A DNA stretch of 64,000 bases from Nitrososphaerota archaeon (GTDB lineage: Archaea > Thermoproteota > Nitrososphaeria_A > Caldarchaeales > Calditenuaceae). Location: the NCBI GenBank assembly GCA_041641295.1, contig JBEPYO010000001.1, positions 832,001 to 896,000 of the forward strand, in the 5' to 3' direction. The translations under genes and the position numbers were made by a program. The notes under the pieces were generated by a model. That model made no database searches and was not told the origin of the DNA. It saw nothing but the letters and a program-made list of their open reading frames with translations. Shown here one piece after another: positions 40,176 through 50,321 of the stretch (its first letter is position 1; the number at the start of each line of letters is the position of its first letter).

Positions 40176-42986
40176 ATGTCGGAGGAGCTTGGAGGGTTCG
40201 GTTCGCTCGAGGAGGCGCTGAGGAGCAACCCACACCTCGCCGAGTATCTCGAGACGCTTGAGGGCGAGCAGCCGGTCTACGCAGTACAGCTTACGAGGGA
40301 GATGCGATACATGACGCCCGTCAACGTCCTCTACCCGATAGGCGACCCCTACTTCGTCCACATCTACTCAGACCCAGCCGGCGTCTGGAACAACTACAGG
40401 GTAGTAATGCCCGAGATACCGCCGGGCGCTTGGAGCAGCCTCAAGGCGGTGGAGGAGGCGCTCGCCGTGCGGCTTGCAGAGCGGGACCCTCCCGAGAGCC
40501 CCGAGGAGAAGCGGGAGCTCCTCTCGGCCCTGCTGGAGGAGGTGGTGTCTGAGGACCCGTCGATGGGTCGGGGCGAGTATAGGGAGCTGAGGAGGAGGGG
40601 GGCGGTGGTGGGTGTTGTAGCAAGTCCCGAGCTTGCCGTCGCGATAAGGTATGCGGTCATCTCCGAGAAGGTTGGGCTCGGAGTGCTTGAACCCCTCATC
40701 AGAGACCCCTACATCGAGGACGTGAGCTGCAACGGAGTCGGCGCAGTCTACGTTGTCCACAAGGTCTTCGGCCCCTGCCGGACGAACATATTCTTCGAGG
40801 ATGAGAAGACTCTAGACCAGTATGTCTACAGGCTCTCCCTCAGGGCGGGCAGGCCTGTGAGCATCAGGTCCCCTATAACCGACGCGGTCCTGCCCGACGG
40901 CTCCAGAGTCAACATAGTCTACGGCAGCGACATCAGCAGGAGGGGCACAAACTTCACGATAAGGAAGTTCACCGAGAACCCGATCAGCATAACCCAGCTG
41001 ATAAGGTGGAACATGATAAGCGCGAGGTGCGCCGCCTACCTCTGGCTCCTACTGGAGCACAACCTCAACGTCTGGTTCGTCGGCGAGACCGCCTCTGGGA
41101 AGACAACACTCCTCAGGGCCGCCTCCGTCTTCATAGACCCCTCAGCCAAGATAGTCTCGATCGAGGATGTCCCGGAGATAGTGGTTCCGCACGAGAACTG
41201 GGTGAGCGAGGTGACGCGGCAGGCCCAGGAGGCCGGAGAGGGCGTCGAGCTCTTCGACCTCCTCAAGGCCGCCCTCAGGCAGAGGCCCAACTACATTCTC
41301 GTGGGCGAGATTAGGGGGAGGGAGGCGGCGATAGCCTTCCAAGCCATGCAGTGCGTGGCCGACGCCTACGTAGCCAGCCCCGGAGGCGTCATCAGCATCC
41401 CAGAGCTCTACAGCTCCGCGGCCGCCGGAGTGGGGGCCGCATCGAACGGCGAGGTGAGGCTCAACGACCCCTTCTACGTATACGCCACCGCTCCGGGTGA
41501 GGGGGTCGGGCTCGCAAAATGCGTAGGGGTCAAGAGGATGTGGGCCGCATCAACGGTCAGGGTCGAGACTAGCGACGGCCTCTCAATAGTCGTCACACCC
41601 AACCACAGGTTCATAACGCTGGCAGGCGGTCAGGAGGTGGAGATAGCAGCCGAGGAGCTACTAAACAGGTGGAGGGCTGGTGAGAGGTCGATAGCCCTGG
41701 CCAAGAGGCCGCCCCCCAACCCCTGCATCCCCCTGAGCATCTACTCGGAGAGCCGCAGCCTAGTCCTCAGCGGTGATTCCTGGTGGGCCCTCGGCAGGCT
41801 GGCGGGCGGAGACTTCCTCACCATCACGCCCAGAGGGTTTGAGTGGGTTACTTGGGGGAGGGGCGCGGGCCTCGAGAGGCTTCGGGCCGCCCTCAGAAGG
41901 CTTGGCTGGAGGGGCGGTGAGAGGTGGGCAGAGGTTAGGGGGAGACGAGCAACCATCCTAGAGAACATCGACCACAGGCTCGTCCACTGGGCCCTGATGC
42001 AGGGCCACCTCTACCGGCAGGGCGAGGCGCTGCTGGGCACGGACAGGGCGGTCGAGCCGGCCTACAGGGCCCACTACCTGAGCGGAGCCTACTCGGCCAT
42101 CCGCGACGCCGAGCCCCTCCTCGAGGAAGGCGCAGGCATCTGGGCAAACGGGCTGAGCCCGCCGCGGACCAAGAAGCCTACACCGCCGGAGGAGCTGGAC
42201 CCACAGCCGGACTGGGAGCCCCCAACCACTAGGTTCGAACTCCACTACGTGAAGACTGAGCCTTGGACGGCCTACAGGGCAGGCTGCCTAGCCTGGGTCC
42301 TGGGCTGCAGCACCGCCGTCCACAAGGCACATGGCACCGCCTACCTCTACCACCATCCATCAGCCGAGGCGTGGATCACCTCTGTTGAGCCGGCCGGAGG
42401 AGCCGCTGTCTACGACCTAGTCTTGGAGGGGGGTGGCTACTACATGGGGGGCCTCGGCCCGGCTCACCCGATACAGGATACGGGGCATGGCGTGCTCTCC
42501 ACGTTCCACGCGGGGAGTGTCCAGAAGCTGGTCCAGAGGCTGACTGGAGACCCCATAAACATTCCCAGGACATTCGTCGACAACCTCAACTGCATCGTCA
42601 TCCTCAGCGCGGTCAGACACCCTGTCACGGGGAAGCTTGAGAGGAGGGTGCTGAGCGTCAACGAGCTCCTAGGCCTAGACCCGGAGACCGGGGGCGTCAA
42701 CTATGTCGAAGTCTTCACCTGGAACCCCGTCGACGACTCCTTCGAGTTCAGGGGCGAGGGGACCAGCTACCTCCTCGAGGAGAAGATAGCGAAGATGAGG
42801 GGTATACCGAGGCACAGGCTCAGAGAGGTATACGAGGAGCTGAGGAGGAGGGCGGGCTTCCTCCAGAGGCTGGCCGACGCAGGGGTCCTGGACTACAAGC
42901 AGGTCTACAGGGCCGTGGCGGCTGCCTACAACCTCGGCCTGGAGGAGGCTGAGAGGGTTGCTCTCGAAGGTGCTGGGGAGGCCTAG
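40176..42986 (+). CDS. arlI: Archaellum ATPase ArlI (FlaI) containing an intein
   Basis: GETASGKT, RQRPNY, GEIRG and AFQAMQ|intein|TGH...TFHA. Confidence 0.95.
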   Translation: MSEELGGFGSLEEALRSNPHLAEYLETLEGEQPVYAVQLTREMRYMTPVNVLYPIGDPYFVHIYSDPAGVWNNYRVVMPEIPPGAWSSLKAVEEALAVRLAERDPPESPEEKRELLSALLEEVVSEDPSMGRGEYRELRRRGAVVGVVASPELAVAIRYAVISEKVGLGVLEPLIRDPYIEDVSCNGVGAVYVVHKVFGPCRTNIFFEDEKTLDQYVYRLSLRAGRPVSIRSPITDAVLPDGSRVNIVYGSDISRRGTNFTIRKFTENPISITQLIRWNMISARCAAYLWLLLEHNLNVWFVGETASGKTTLLRAASVFIDPSAKIVSIEDVPEIVVPHENWVSEVTRQAQEAGEGVELFDLLKAALRQRPNYILVGEIRGREAAIAFQAMQCVADAYVASPGGVISIPELYSSAAAGVGAASNGEVRLNDPFYVYATAPGEGVGLAKCVGVKRMWAASTVRVETSDGLSIVVTPNHRFITLAGGQEVEIAAEELLNRWRAGERSIALAKRPPPNPCIPLSIYSESRSLVLSGDSWWALGRLAGGDFLTITPRGFEWVTWGRGAGLERLRAALRRLGWRGGERWAEVRGRRATILENIDHRLVHWALMQGHLYRQGEALLGTDRAVEPAYRAHYLSGAYSAIRDAEPLLEEGAGIWANGLSPPRTKKPTPPEELDPQPDWEPPTTRFELHYVKTEPWTAYRAGCLAWVLGCSTAVHKAHGTAYLYHHPSAEAWITSVEPAGGAAVYDLVLEGGGYYMGGLGPAHPIQDTGHGVLSTFHAGSVQKLVQRLTGDPINIPRTFVDNLNCIVILSAVRHPVTGKLERRVLSVNELLGLDPETGGVNYVEVFTWNPVDDSFEFRGEGTSYLLEEKIAKMRGIPRHRLREVYEELRRRAGFLQRLADAGVLDYKQVYRAVAAAYNLGLEEAERVALEGAGEA
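41352..42479 (+). mobile_element. Intein (376 aa) in ArlI; Cys1 ... Gln-Asp / Thr+1; degenerate endonuclease
   Basis: Block A CVAD, block B VTPNHRF, block F VYDL; removing it restores FQAMQTGH. Confidence 0.9.
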
Positions 42987-44445
42987 GAGACGGGAGACAG
43001 GGCTGGGAAGGGATGCAGCCCTACTATACCTCTCAGCCCTAGCCTCAGCCATCCCCGACGACAACACATTCCTAGCAGCAGTAGCAGAGACCGAGGGCCC
43101 GCTCTCAGGCAGGCTCCAACCCCTGAAGAAGGCGGTAAGACTTGTGAATGGCTGGAGCTACCCAGTCCCCGCCGCACTCTCGGCCGCCGCGAAGACCGAG
43201 CCGCGGGACGAACTCGGCGAGCTGGCTGAGAAGATGTCCAAGGCGGTGAACATCGGGATGAGAGCCTCCAGCCTCGTCTCGACCGAATATGAGAAGATGA
43301 GGGAGCACTCTCAGATAAACTTCGAGAGGGCGATGGAGAGGGTCAAGACGATGGGCGACGTCTTCTCCACAATCCTCAGCTCCAGCAGCTTCCTCCTCAT
43401 CTCCTTCATGATAGCCTCGATAGTCTTCAGCGGGATAGACCCCTACGCAGTCCTCGCCCTAGTCTTGGGCGGAGTCTCGGCAGGCCTGGCCGGGATAGTC
43501 TACTACGTCTACAGGGTGAGCGGAGGGGGCAGCCTCCTAAACCCCTCACCCTACAGGCCCCTGACAGTATACATCGCCTCGCGCGCCGCAGCCCCAAGCC
43601 TAATCGCCGCACTAGCCATCGTCCTCACGGCCGCAGCCCTCCTCCCCCTACAGCACGCCAGACTCCTCCTCGCAGCAGTCCCAGCAGCCCTCATAGCAGC
43701 CTACGCCCTCCCAGCCCTAAAGGTAAGGAGGGTCCCTGCGATAGATGAGCAGCTGCCATTCTTCATGAAGAGCCTCTCGGAGACGCTCGGCTCGGTCCAG
43801 CTCCCCGAGAGGGTCCTAGAAATCCTGAGGCTCAACGACTACGGCGCCTTGAAGAGGTATCTGGAGCGGCTCTACCTCCGCGTCAAGAGCGGTGTGGACT
43901 TCTTCCTCTCGCTGAGGGTGATGGCGGGAGAGTCGTCGAGCGGCCTCCTATACGAGGCGGTCGAGGTCTTTGTCGAGTCCCTCAGGAGGGGCGTGCCGGC
44001 AGGAGCCCTCGGCAGGAGGCTCTACGACTACTTGGCAGATAGGCTCGCGATGAGGAGGCGGAGGGCCCAGGTCTCCTCCTACATCAGGGGTATACTCCTG
44101 CCAACCTCCTGCGCGGTGGCGGCTATCCTCGGCCTGATGGACTCGCTCTACATACTCCTCGCAAGCTACAGCTCTCTCGCCGCGACCATCCTACCCCTCT
44201 CCCCGGCTGCGCCGCCCGAGGCCGTTACCCGCGCCTCCATGGTCATGGTAACCGTCTTCTCACTCGCGGGGAGCTTGGTCCTCCACTTCGCCGAGAGGAG
44301 GAGCGGGATACATCTCTGCCTCACATTCGGAACACTCCTACTCTCCTCAGCCCTCACATTCCTAGCCGTCAGCGCGGGCACACACATGATCCTAGACACG
44401 ATGACCGGGTATGCGAGGAGCCTCAGGGAGATGGTGCCATCTTGA
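42958..44445 (+). CDS. arlJ: Archaellum membrane platform ArlJ (FlaJ)
   Basis: Two T2SSF-like repeats, multiple TM, DYG.L...L.RLY.R motif. Confidence 0.85.
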   Translation: MLSKVLGRPRRRETGLGRDAALLYLSALASAIPDDNTFLAAVAETEGPLSGRLQPLKKAVRLVNGWSYPVPAALSAAAKTEPRDELGELAEKMSKAVNIGMRASSLVSTEYEKMREHSQINFERAMERVKTMGDVFSTILSSSSFLLISFMIASIVFSGIDPYAVLALVLGGVSAGLAGIVYYVYRVSGGGSLLNPSPYRPLTVYIASRAAAPSLIAALAIVLTAAALLPLQHARLLLAAVPAALIAAYALPALKVRRVPAIDEQLPFFMKSLSETLGSVQLPERVLEILRLNDYGALKRYLERLYLRVKSGVDFFLSLRVMAGESSSGLLYEAVEVFVESLRRGVPAGALGRRLYDYLADRLAMRRRRAQVSSYIRGILLPTSCAVAAILGLMDSLYILLASYSSLAATILPLSPAAPPEAVTRASMVMVTVFSLAGSLVLHFAERRSGIHLCLTFGTLLLSSALTFLAVSAGTHMILDTMTGYARSLREMVPS

Positions 44446-44903
44446 CACAGGGCGAGCTAGTCTTCGCCGCCATACTAGTCGTAACGGCCGCGGCGCTGGT
44501 CGGCCTCTGGCTCTCCACTAGGACTCCCAAGAGTAGGGAGGAGCCGGTAGACCTCTACCTCCAGCCCCAAGCACAAGCCCCGCGCCCCCAGAGGACCCTG
44601 CAGCCCGAGCCCAGCCGAGCGAGGCCCAGGCAGAAGCCGCCGAGCCAGCCCCAACAGGCACCACCGACGCAGAGACCAAAGATGGTGGGAGGAGCTGAGG
44701 CGGCCCGGCCCGCGGGTGTGGAGGCTGAGAAGTCGGTGGAGGGTGGCGCGGAGACTGGAGGGCCTAGGCGGGAGCAGCCCGTGGCTGGGGGAGGGTCGGT
44801 GGCGGAGGCTGAGAGGATGCTTGAGGAGGTGCTGAGCCTCTACTCAGACCTCCTCAAGGAGATGGAGCGGCTCAAGCAGCGGCTAGGGGAGAAGCTCTCT
44901 TAG
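44442..44903 (+). CDS. Single-TM, Pro-rich, coiled-coil protein (ArlX-like)
   Basis: TM, disordered linker, then EEVLSLYSDLL; coupled to arlJ. Confidence 0.5.
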   Translation: MTQGELVFAAILVVTAAALVGLWLSTRTPKSREEPVDLYLQPQAQAPRPQRTLQPEPSRARPRQKPPSQPQQAPPTQRPKMVGGAEAARPAGVEAEKSVEGGAETGGPRREQPVAGGGSVAEAERMLEEVLSLYSDLLKEMERLKQRLGEKLS

Positions 44904-45368
44904 CCTCTCCACCAGCCTCCAAACCCTGTCTCCAGGGTGGTGGATGTTCTCGGCGACCCGCCCCCGGCTCCTAGGCTGTAGCGAGCCGCTCTCAACCAGC
45001 GCCCTACATATTGCCAGGGCCTTGCCATGCCTCTCATCCCTGACGACTACCAGGTCGCCCACACCAAAGCTCCCCCGGACCTCGACGACGCCGGGCCCCA
45101 TGACGTCCGCCCCTCCAGCAATCTTCGCGACAGCACCCATATCGACTACGAGGCTCGGCATCGAGCCCAGCAGCGCCGCGTTTGCCCGCTCGTCTAGGGC
45201 GGGGAACCGGAGCCCGCTCTCTTCTGCAAGTATCAGGCCGTCGAGCCAGTAGAGCCTGACGCCCTCATCCTCCAGCACCGTCCCCTCCTTCACACCCCCA
45301 ACCCCTAGGCCCGCAAACCCCTCACAGACCCTCCGCAAATCACTCTTACTCAGCTTGTGGAACTTCAA
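44883..45368 (-). CDS. PUA-domain RNA-binding protein
   Basis: VVDMGAV..I.GGADVM.PG motif. Confidence 0.88.
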   Translation of the reverse strand: MKFHKLSKSDLRRVCEGFAGLGVGGVKEGTVLEDEGVRLYWLDGLILAEESGLRFPALDERANAALLGSMPSLVVDMGAVAKIAGGADVMGPGVVEVRGSFGVGDLVVVRDERHGKALAICRALVESGSLQPRSRGRVAENIHHPGDRVWRLVERLRELLP

Positions 45369-45432
45369 GCCAGCTACACGATGTTTAGTCTACTGCCAAG
45401 CCATAAAAGCTGCGGTGGGGCGGGGGCGTGTG

Positions 45433-45747
45433 ATGCCTAAGCGTCTGAGTAGAGCTGAGGCGGAGGAGCTAGTGGCCAAGGTTAGACCCTGGAGGCTCCG
45501 TGGAAGATACATTGTCAGGAGCTTGAAGACGCGCGACTTCGCCGAGTCCCTCGACCTCTTGAAGAGGATTGCCAGGGCTGCGGAGAGGATGGGGCACCAC
45601 CCCGACGTGGAGCTAGGCTATGGATACTTGAGGCTGAGGCTCACGACCCATGACGCCGGAGGACTGACGGTCCGCGACTTCAGGCTTGCTGAGAGAGTCG
45701 AGAAGATTATTGAGGCGTGGGGCAGGTCTAGGCCTGCTGGGAGATAA
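45433..45747 (+). CDS. Pterin-4-alpha-carbinolamine dehydratase
   Basis: HHPD and TTHDAGGLT..D motifs; ATG at 45433. Confidence 0.9.
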   Translation: MPKRLSRAEAEELVAKVRPWRLRGRYIVRSLKTRDFAESLDLLKRIARAAERMGHHPDVELGYGYLRLRLTTHDAGGLTVRDFRLAERVEKIIEAWGRSRPAGR

Positions 45748-46777
45748 GCCTCAGGGCCTCTAGCGTCAGCTTGTAGGCCGCCTCTAAGTCCCTCAGGTCT
45801 AGGACTAGGTGGGGTGAGTGGAGGTATCTGCAGGGCACGCCGACCACGCCGGTAGCCACACCCCTACCGTGAAGGTGAATCCTACCCGCATCCGTCGCGC
45901 TCCCAAAAACTATCTGGGACTGATAGCCCACACCAGCCCTCTCAGCCGCCCGCACCAAGAGAGAGTAGAACCTCCTGTTCGTGATCATTGAGGAGTCCAT
46001 CAGCCTCAGGGCAGCTCCGCGGCCGAGCCGGGTTATGCGGCTCTGCTCCGGGACACCGGGCGTGTCAGCAGCCACCGTCCCCTCCAAGACAATAGCGTAC
46101 TCTGGGTTGACGCTGTTCACGGCAGTCGCTGCGCCCCTCAGCCCGACCTCCTCTTGGACGGTGAAGACTGCGTGGAGCTCGACTCCTACCTCCTCTGCCG
46201 CCGCTGCCCTAGCCACTAGGGCTGCAACGACACATCCGACCCTGTCGTCGAAGGCCTTACCCATGACCCGTGTGCCGAGGAGTCTAGCGAAGTGGGCGGG
46301 GAAGGTGGCGTAGCTTCCGACCTTGACGCCGGCGGCCTCCGCCTCCTCCCTGCTTGAGGCGCCTATGTCTATGTGGAGCTCCTTCAGCTCCGGGGCCCTC
46401 TTAGCCTCCTCCTGCGTCGTGATGTGGGGTGGCTTAGCGCCTATACACCCCTCCAGCGGCCCCCTTTCAGAGTGGACCACGACCCTCTGCCCCACTAGGA
46501 CCCGCGCGTCGAGACCACCCAGGGGCGCGAAGCTCAGATACCCTTCCTCGTCAATCCAGCTAACCATCATCGCAACCTCGTCCATGTGGGCCGCAAGCAT
46601 AACCCTCGGCCCCCCACTGCCAATCCTGACAATCAAGTTCCCCATCACATCTCTCTCCACCGAGCCGGCATACTCCTCGAGGAATCCTTTGATAATCTCG
46701 GCAACCGCGTCCTCACCGCCCGGCGGCGCATAGCTCGTACTCAGCTTCTCTAAAAGCCGTAGGGCCTCCTCCATCAC
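45728..46777 (-). CDS. M42 (TET) aminopeptidase
   Basis: AHMDE, KAFDDR, QEEVGLRGA, TDAG and RYLHS motifs. Confidence 0.93.
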   Translation of the reverse strand: MMEEALRLLEKLSTSYAPPGGEDAVAEIIKGFLEEYAGSVERDVMGNLIVRIGSGGPRVMLAAHMDEVAMMVSWIDEEGYLSFAPLGGLDARVLVGQRVVVHSERGPLEGCIGAKPPHITTQEEAKRAPELKELHIDIGASSREEAEAAGVKVGSYATFPAHFARLLGTRVMGKAFDDRVGCVVAALVARAAAAEEVGVELHAVFTVQEEVGLRGAATAVNSVNPEYAIVLEGTVAADTPGVPEQSRITRLGRGAALRLMDSSMITNRRFYSLLVRAAERAGVGYQSQIVFGSATDAGRIHLHGRGVATGVVGVPCRYLHSPHLVLDLRDLEAAYKLTLEALRLISQQA

Positions 46778-46868
46778 AAAACCGAGACCGCTGGCTCAGC
46801 ATAAAAACGGTTGTTCCAAACACAACTCCGGGCATGTCTTTATCACCAGGCATCTGGCTAGGGCTAGC

Positions 46869-47660
46869 TTGGTTGGAGGGTGGCTCGGCCTGGCTAGGCT
46901 CCTCGTCCTGAAGCTCGGAGGCTCCCTAGTCACGGAGAAGAGGATGGGTGGGGCTGTGAGGGTGGAGGCGTTGAGAAGGCTCGGAGAGGCGCTCTCAGGA
47001 ATCACTGACAGGCCCTTGATAATTGTTCACGGAGGTGGGGGCAGGGTCCACGAGGTGGCTGGCCAGTACCAAGTCGCCTTGGGCTCGGCCTCTCCCCACG
47101 GAGTCGAGGGGTTCATCAAGACCTCCATCGAGACCAGGAGGCTCAACCTACAGGTGACAGAGATACTCGCGGAGGCGGGGCTCAAATGCATAGGGCTTCC
47201 CTCAACCGCCGTATTCCAGACGAGGAAGGGAAAGATAGTCTCGGCCGGCCTAGACCCGATACTCGCCGCCCTAGACCAGGGCCTCGCGCCAGTCCTCACA
47301 GGCGACGTGGTCTTCGACAGGGAGCTCGGCTTCACAGTCCTCTCAGGCGACACGATAGCAGTAGACCTCTCGCTGAGGCTTGGGGCGGAGAGGCTCGTCT
47401 TCGCCACAGACGTGGACGGAATCTTCGAGCACCCCGGCGAGGGTGCTAGACTGCTGAGGGAGCTGGACAGAAAGACCCTAGCCTCGGTGAGGTTTGGAGA
47501 TGTAGGAGACGTGACTGGCGGGATGGCGGCGAAGGTTGAGGAGGCCATGAGGGCCGCGGAGGCGGGTGTTGAGGTCTACGTCGTTAACGGCCTTGAACCG
47601 TCTAGGGTTGTAGACGCGCTGCTAGGAAGGGAGACGATAGGGACACATATTCTAGGATAG
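46869..47660 (+). CDS. ipk: Isopentenyl phosphate kinase
   Basis: KLGGS..T.K, HGGG, SGD and DVTGGM..K motifs. Confidence 0.88.
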   Translation: MVGGWLGLARLLVLKLGGSLVTEKRMGGAVRVEALRRLGEALSGITDRPLIIVHGGGGRVHEVAGQYQVALGSASPHGVEGFIKTSIETRRLNLQVTEILAEAGLKCIGLPSTAVFQTRKGKIVSAGLDPILAALDQGLAPVLTGDVVFDRELGFTVLSGDTIAVDLSLRLGAERLVFATDVDGIFEHPGEGARLLRELDRKTLASVRFGDVGDVTGGMAAKVEEAMRAAEAGVEVYVVNGLEPSRVVDALLGRETIGTHILG

Positions 47661-48668
47661 CTTTACTGGCGCACCGCTGGCCGCGGACCTGTAGCAGGCA
47701 TCCTTGAAGAGCGCCACCCTCAAGCCGTCCTCCGCACTGGCTGCAGGCTTCTCCAACCCCCTGATGGCTCTGACAAAGTTGGCGAGCGGGCTCGAGGAGG
47801 GTGGGACCTCCCCCATAGGCCGCCTCACACTCTGGGCCTCACGGTCCATAAACCAGACGTTCCTAGAGCCGAGCTCGTCGAGATAGGCAAGGAGGCCGCC
47901 TGGACAGTATATCCTCAGCCTCTCGGACCAGATTGGCGCGTCGCCCATCAGAGAAATGCTTGCCACACAGCCGTCAAACCTGGCCGTGATTGCTGCCATA
48001 AGTTCTGCGCCCCACCCCTCCTTCGAGGATAAGGTTGCGTAGACCTCGCGGGGTAGCCCGCCCAATATCCAGAGCACCATGTCTATGATGTGGCTTCCAG
48101 AGTCCATGAGGAAGCCCCCGCCGGCGAGCTTCGGGTCAGCCCTCCAAGTCCCCTTCGACAGCCTTGTCCAGTCCTGGGAGAGCTGGTGCTCTATGTATAC
48201 GGGCCTGCCGAGACCCTCGGGCGAGGCCATCCGCTTGATGTATCCGAATAGACCGTCTGTCCGCCTCTGATACCCTACAGCCACTACGCGGCCCGACTCC
48301 TCAGCAGCCCTCACCACTTCCCGCGCATCCTCCACGCTTGAGACCATGGGCTTCTCGACGAGGACGTGGAGGCCTCTCTTCAGGGCCGCGAGTATCTGCT
48401 CCTTGTGGTAGGCGTGGGGCGTGAGTATTAGGACGCCGTCGAGGGCTTCGCGGTCAAGCATCTCGATGTAGTCTGAGTATTCCTTCGCGCCTCCGAGGTG
48501 GGGTGCGGCTCCCTTCAGCCTAGCGATAGCTTCCCTGTTCGTGTCGCAGAGGGCGACGACCTCAGCGCCCAGCTCTCCGGTGAGGGACCTAGCGTGGAAG
48601 CCGGCTATGCCTCCGCAGCCTATGAAGGCGAGCCTCAGCCTCTCACTCATTGAACCTTCCCTTGGCAT
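47652..48668 (-). CDS. Gfo/Idh/MocA family oxidoreductase
   Basis: GCGGIA, EKP and GGGFLMDSGSH motifs. Confidence 0.9.
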   Translation of the reverse strand: MPREGSMSERLRLAFIGCGGIAGFHARSLTGELGAEVVALCDTNREAIARLKGAAPHLGGAKEYSDYIEMLDREALDGVLILTPHAYHKEQILAALKRGLHVLVEKPMVSSVEDAREVVRAAEESGRVVAVGYQRRTDGLFGYIKRMASPEGLGRPVYIEHQLSQDWTRLSKGTWRADPKLAGGGFLMDSGSHIIDMVLWILGGLPREVYATLSSKEGWGAELMAAITARFDGCVASISLMGDAPIWSERLRIYCPGGLLAYLDELGSRNVWFMDREAQSVRRPMGEVPPSSSPLANFVRAIRGLEKPAASAEDGLRVALFKDACYRSAASGAPVKLS

Positions 48669-48785
48669 TTGTCGCAGACCCTCTTACCCTTAACCATTAC
48701 CAGCTTCTCAGTCTTCCTGCCGCAGAGCTGGCACCTGGGCATCCCCTCCCCAACACCCCCAAACCCCCCAAAGGCCTAGCAGGGC

Positions 48786-49616
48786 TTAACCCTTTCTCCA
48801 GCCCATGCGGGCGGCCAAGGCCAGCTTACCCACCTGCTCCAGCGAGAGCTCAGCCGGGAACCCTACAAGAAGCCTCACACCGCTAGAGGCCAAGCCCGCA
48901 ATCCTCTCAGCCGCCTCCCCGACACTCCCCACAATCGAGACCCTACAAGCCTCCCGCAGACCCGGAGACCCACCCCCCAAAGCCCCTACAAGCCTCTTCC
49001 TCCGCCGCGCATAGGAGACCAAGACCCTCTCAGCCTCCCCAGATACACCGTCGCCTATGTAGAATGGCGCATAGACCGCTACGCCCCTCGGCGATGAGTC
49101 GGCGAATCTGCGGGCCTCCTCCTCCACACCCTCGTCAAGTAGGAGGAACGCCGTGCAGCCTAGGCTTCTGCAGATTCGTCTAGAGACGTTCTCGACATTC
49201 TCGGTCCCAAGCAGCATCAGCCTCCCATTCAACACCTCTCCCGCCGCACTACACGCAGACCAGAGGAGCCTGCCAGGCCTGATGGAGGCCTCCTCGGCGC
49301 TCAGGTAGGCTGGGTTCCCCGCAACGATACAGAGCCCCATCGAGTCGCGCCTAGAAAGTATCTCGAGGTAGCGCGGCAAGAGGCTGCTGAAGTCGCCACG
49401 CCTCACCGGGACCGTCGGAACAATAACAGGCCCCCCTACATCCTCGGAGAACCTTGCAGCGGCCTCGACGTCTGCGGGGTGGAGGTCGTCAACCACCCTC
49501 TCAGAGTCCAATACTATAACATCGAAGCCGGTACTAGACGCCGTCTCGACTATGCGGATAAGCTCTTTCCTCTTAGCCTCGCGGCTTTGACCTAGCATGC
49601 TGGGCTTCAGAGCCAA
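48786..49616 (-). CDS. Hypothetical TIM-barrel protein with luciferase/Mer-like C-terminus
   Basis: VAGNPAYL and SIVGS..EAAERI..L...G. Confidence 0.55.
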   Translation of the reverse strand: MALKPSMLGQSREAKRKELIRIVETASSTGFDVIVLDSERVVDDLHPADVEAAARFSEDVGGPVIVPTVPVRRGDFSSLLPRYLEILSRRDSMGLCIVAGNPAYLSAEEASIRPGRLLWSACSAAGEVLNGRLMLLGTENVENVSRRICRSLGCTAFLLLDEGVEEEARRFADSSPRGVAVYAPFYIGDGVSGEAERVLVSYARRRKRLVGALGGGSPGLREACRVSIVGSVGEAAERIAGLASSGVRLLVGFPAELSLEQVGKLALAARMGWRKG

Positions 49617-49900
49617 GCCCAGCTGGAACTAGACCACCACTCATGCCTTACCGGTACGTGGCCCCGCACGAGCTTTTAAGGATTACCGGCCCCGCCCCGC
49701 AGCTATCAGCCGCAGACACGCGGCCCACAGCATCCACAGCCCCGACCTCCTCTACCCGCGGCGAATTTTAAGGGCATATAGTCATTGATTGTTGGCGCAC
49801 CTGCTTTTTTAAACCTATCACAATCTTCAGAAGCCGATCACCGGGAAAAAGGGATAGTTGGGGGCTTTGGTCTCTGGACGGGTCTTGGCGGCCTAGGCGT

Positions 49901-50284
49901 CTAGCCCTTGTACGCTATCGCGTCTATCTCTACAAGAAGCCCCTCGGCAACCATCTTGACTGCGACGGTGGTCCTGGCTGGCGGCTCCTCTGGGAAGAAT
50001 TCTCTGTAGACCTCGTTCATGGCCGCGAAGTCCTCCGGCCTCGCGAGGTAGACATTCACCTTCACTACGTCTTTAAGACTTGCACCCGCGGCCGAGAGTA
50101 TCTCCCTAATGTTCTCCAAAACCCTCCTCGTCTGCGCCTTCACGTCTCCACCAACCAACTTACCGGTCGCAGGGTCTATTGCCACCTGTCCTGCCACGAA
50201 GATCCATCCACCCGCCTTTATCGCCTGTGAGTAGGGCCCGACTGGGCGGGGTGCTTTCTCGGTGAAGATAACCTCTCGAGCCAT
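49901..50284 (-). CDS. ridA: RidA family deaminase
   Basis: GPYSQA, AGQ, PART and VEIDAIA motifs. Confidence 0.93.
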   Translation of the reverse strand: MAREVIFTEKAPRPVGPYSQAIKAGGWIFVAGQVAIDPATGKLVGGDVKAQTRRVLENIREILSAAGASLKDVVKVNVYLARPEDFAAMNEVYREFFPEEPPARTTVAVKMVAEGLLVEIDAIAYKG

Positions 50285-50321
50285 AGCGTATCGGCGATAG
50301 TAATTTGTGGGGTGTAATAAA

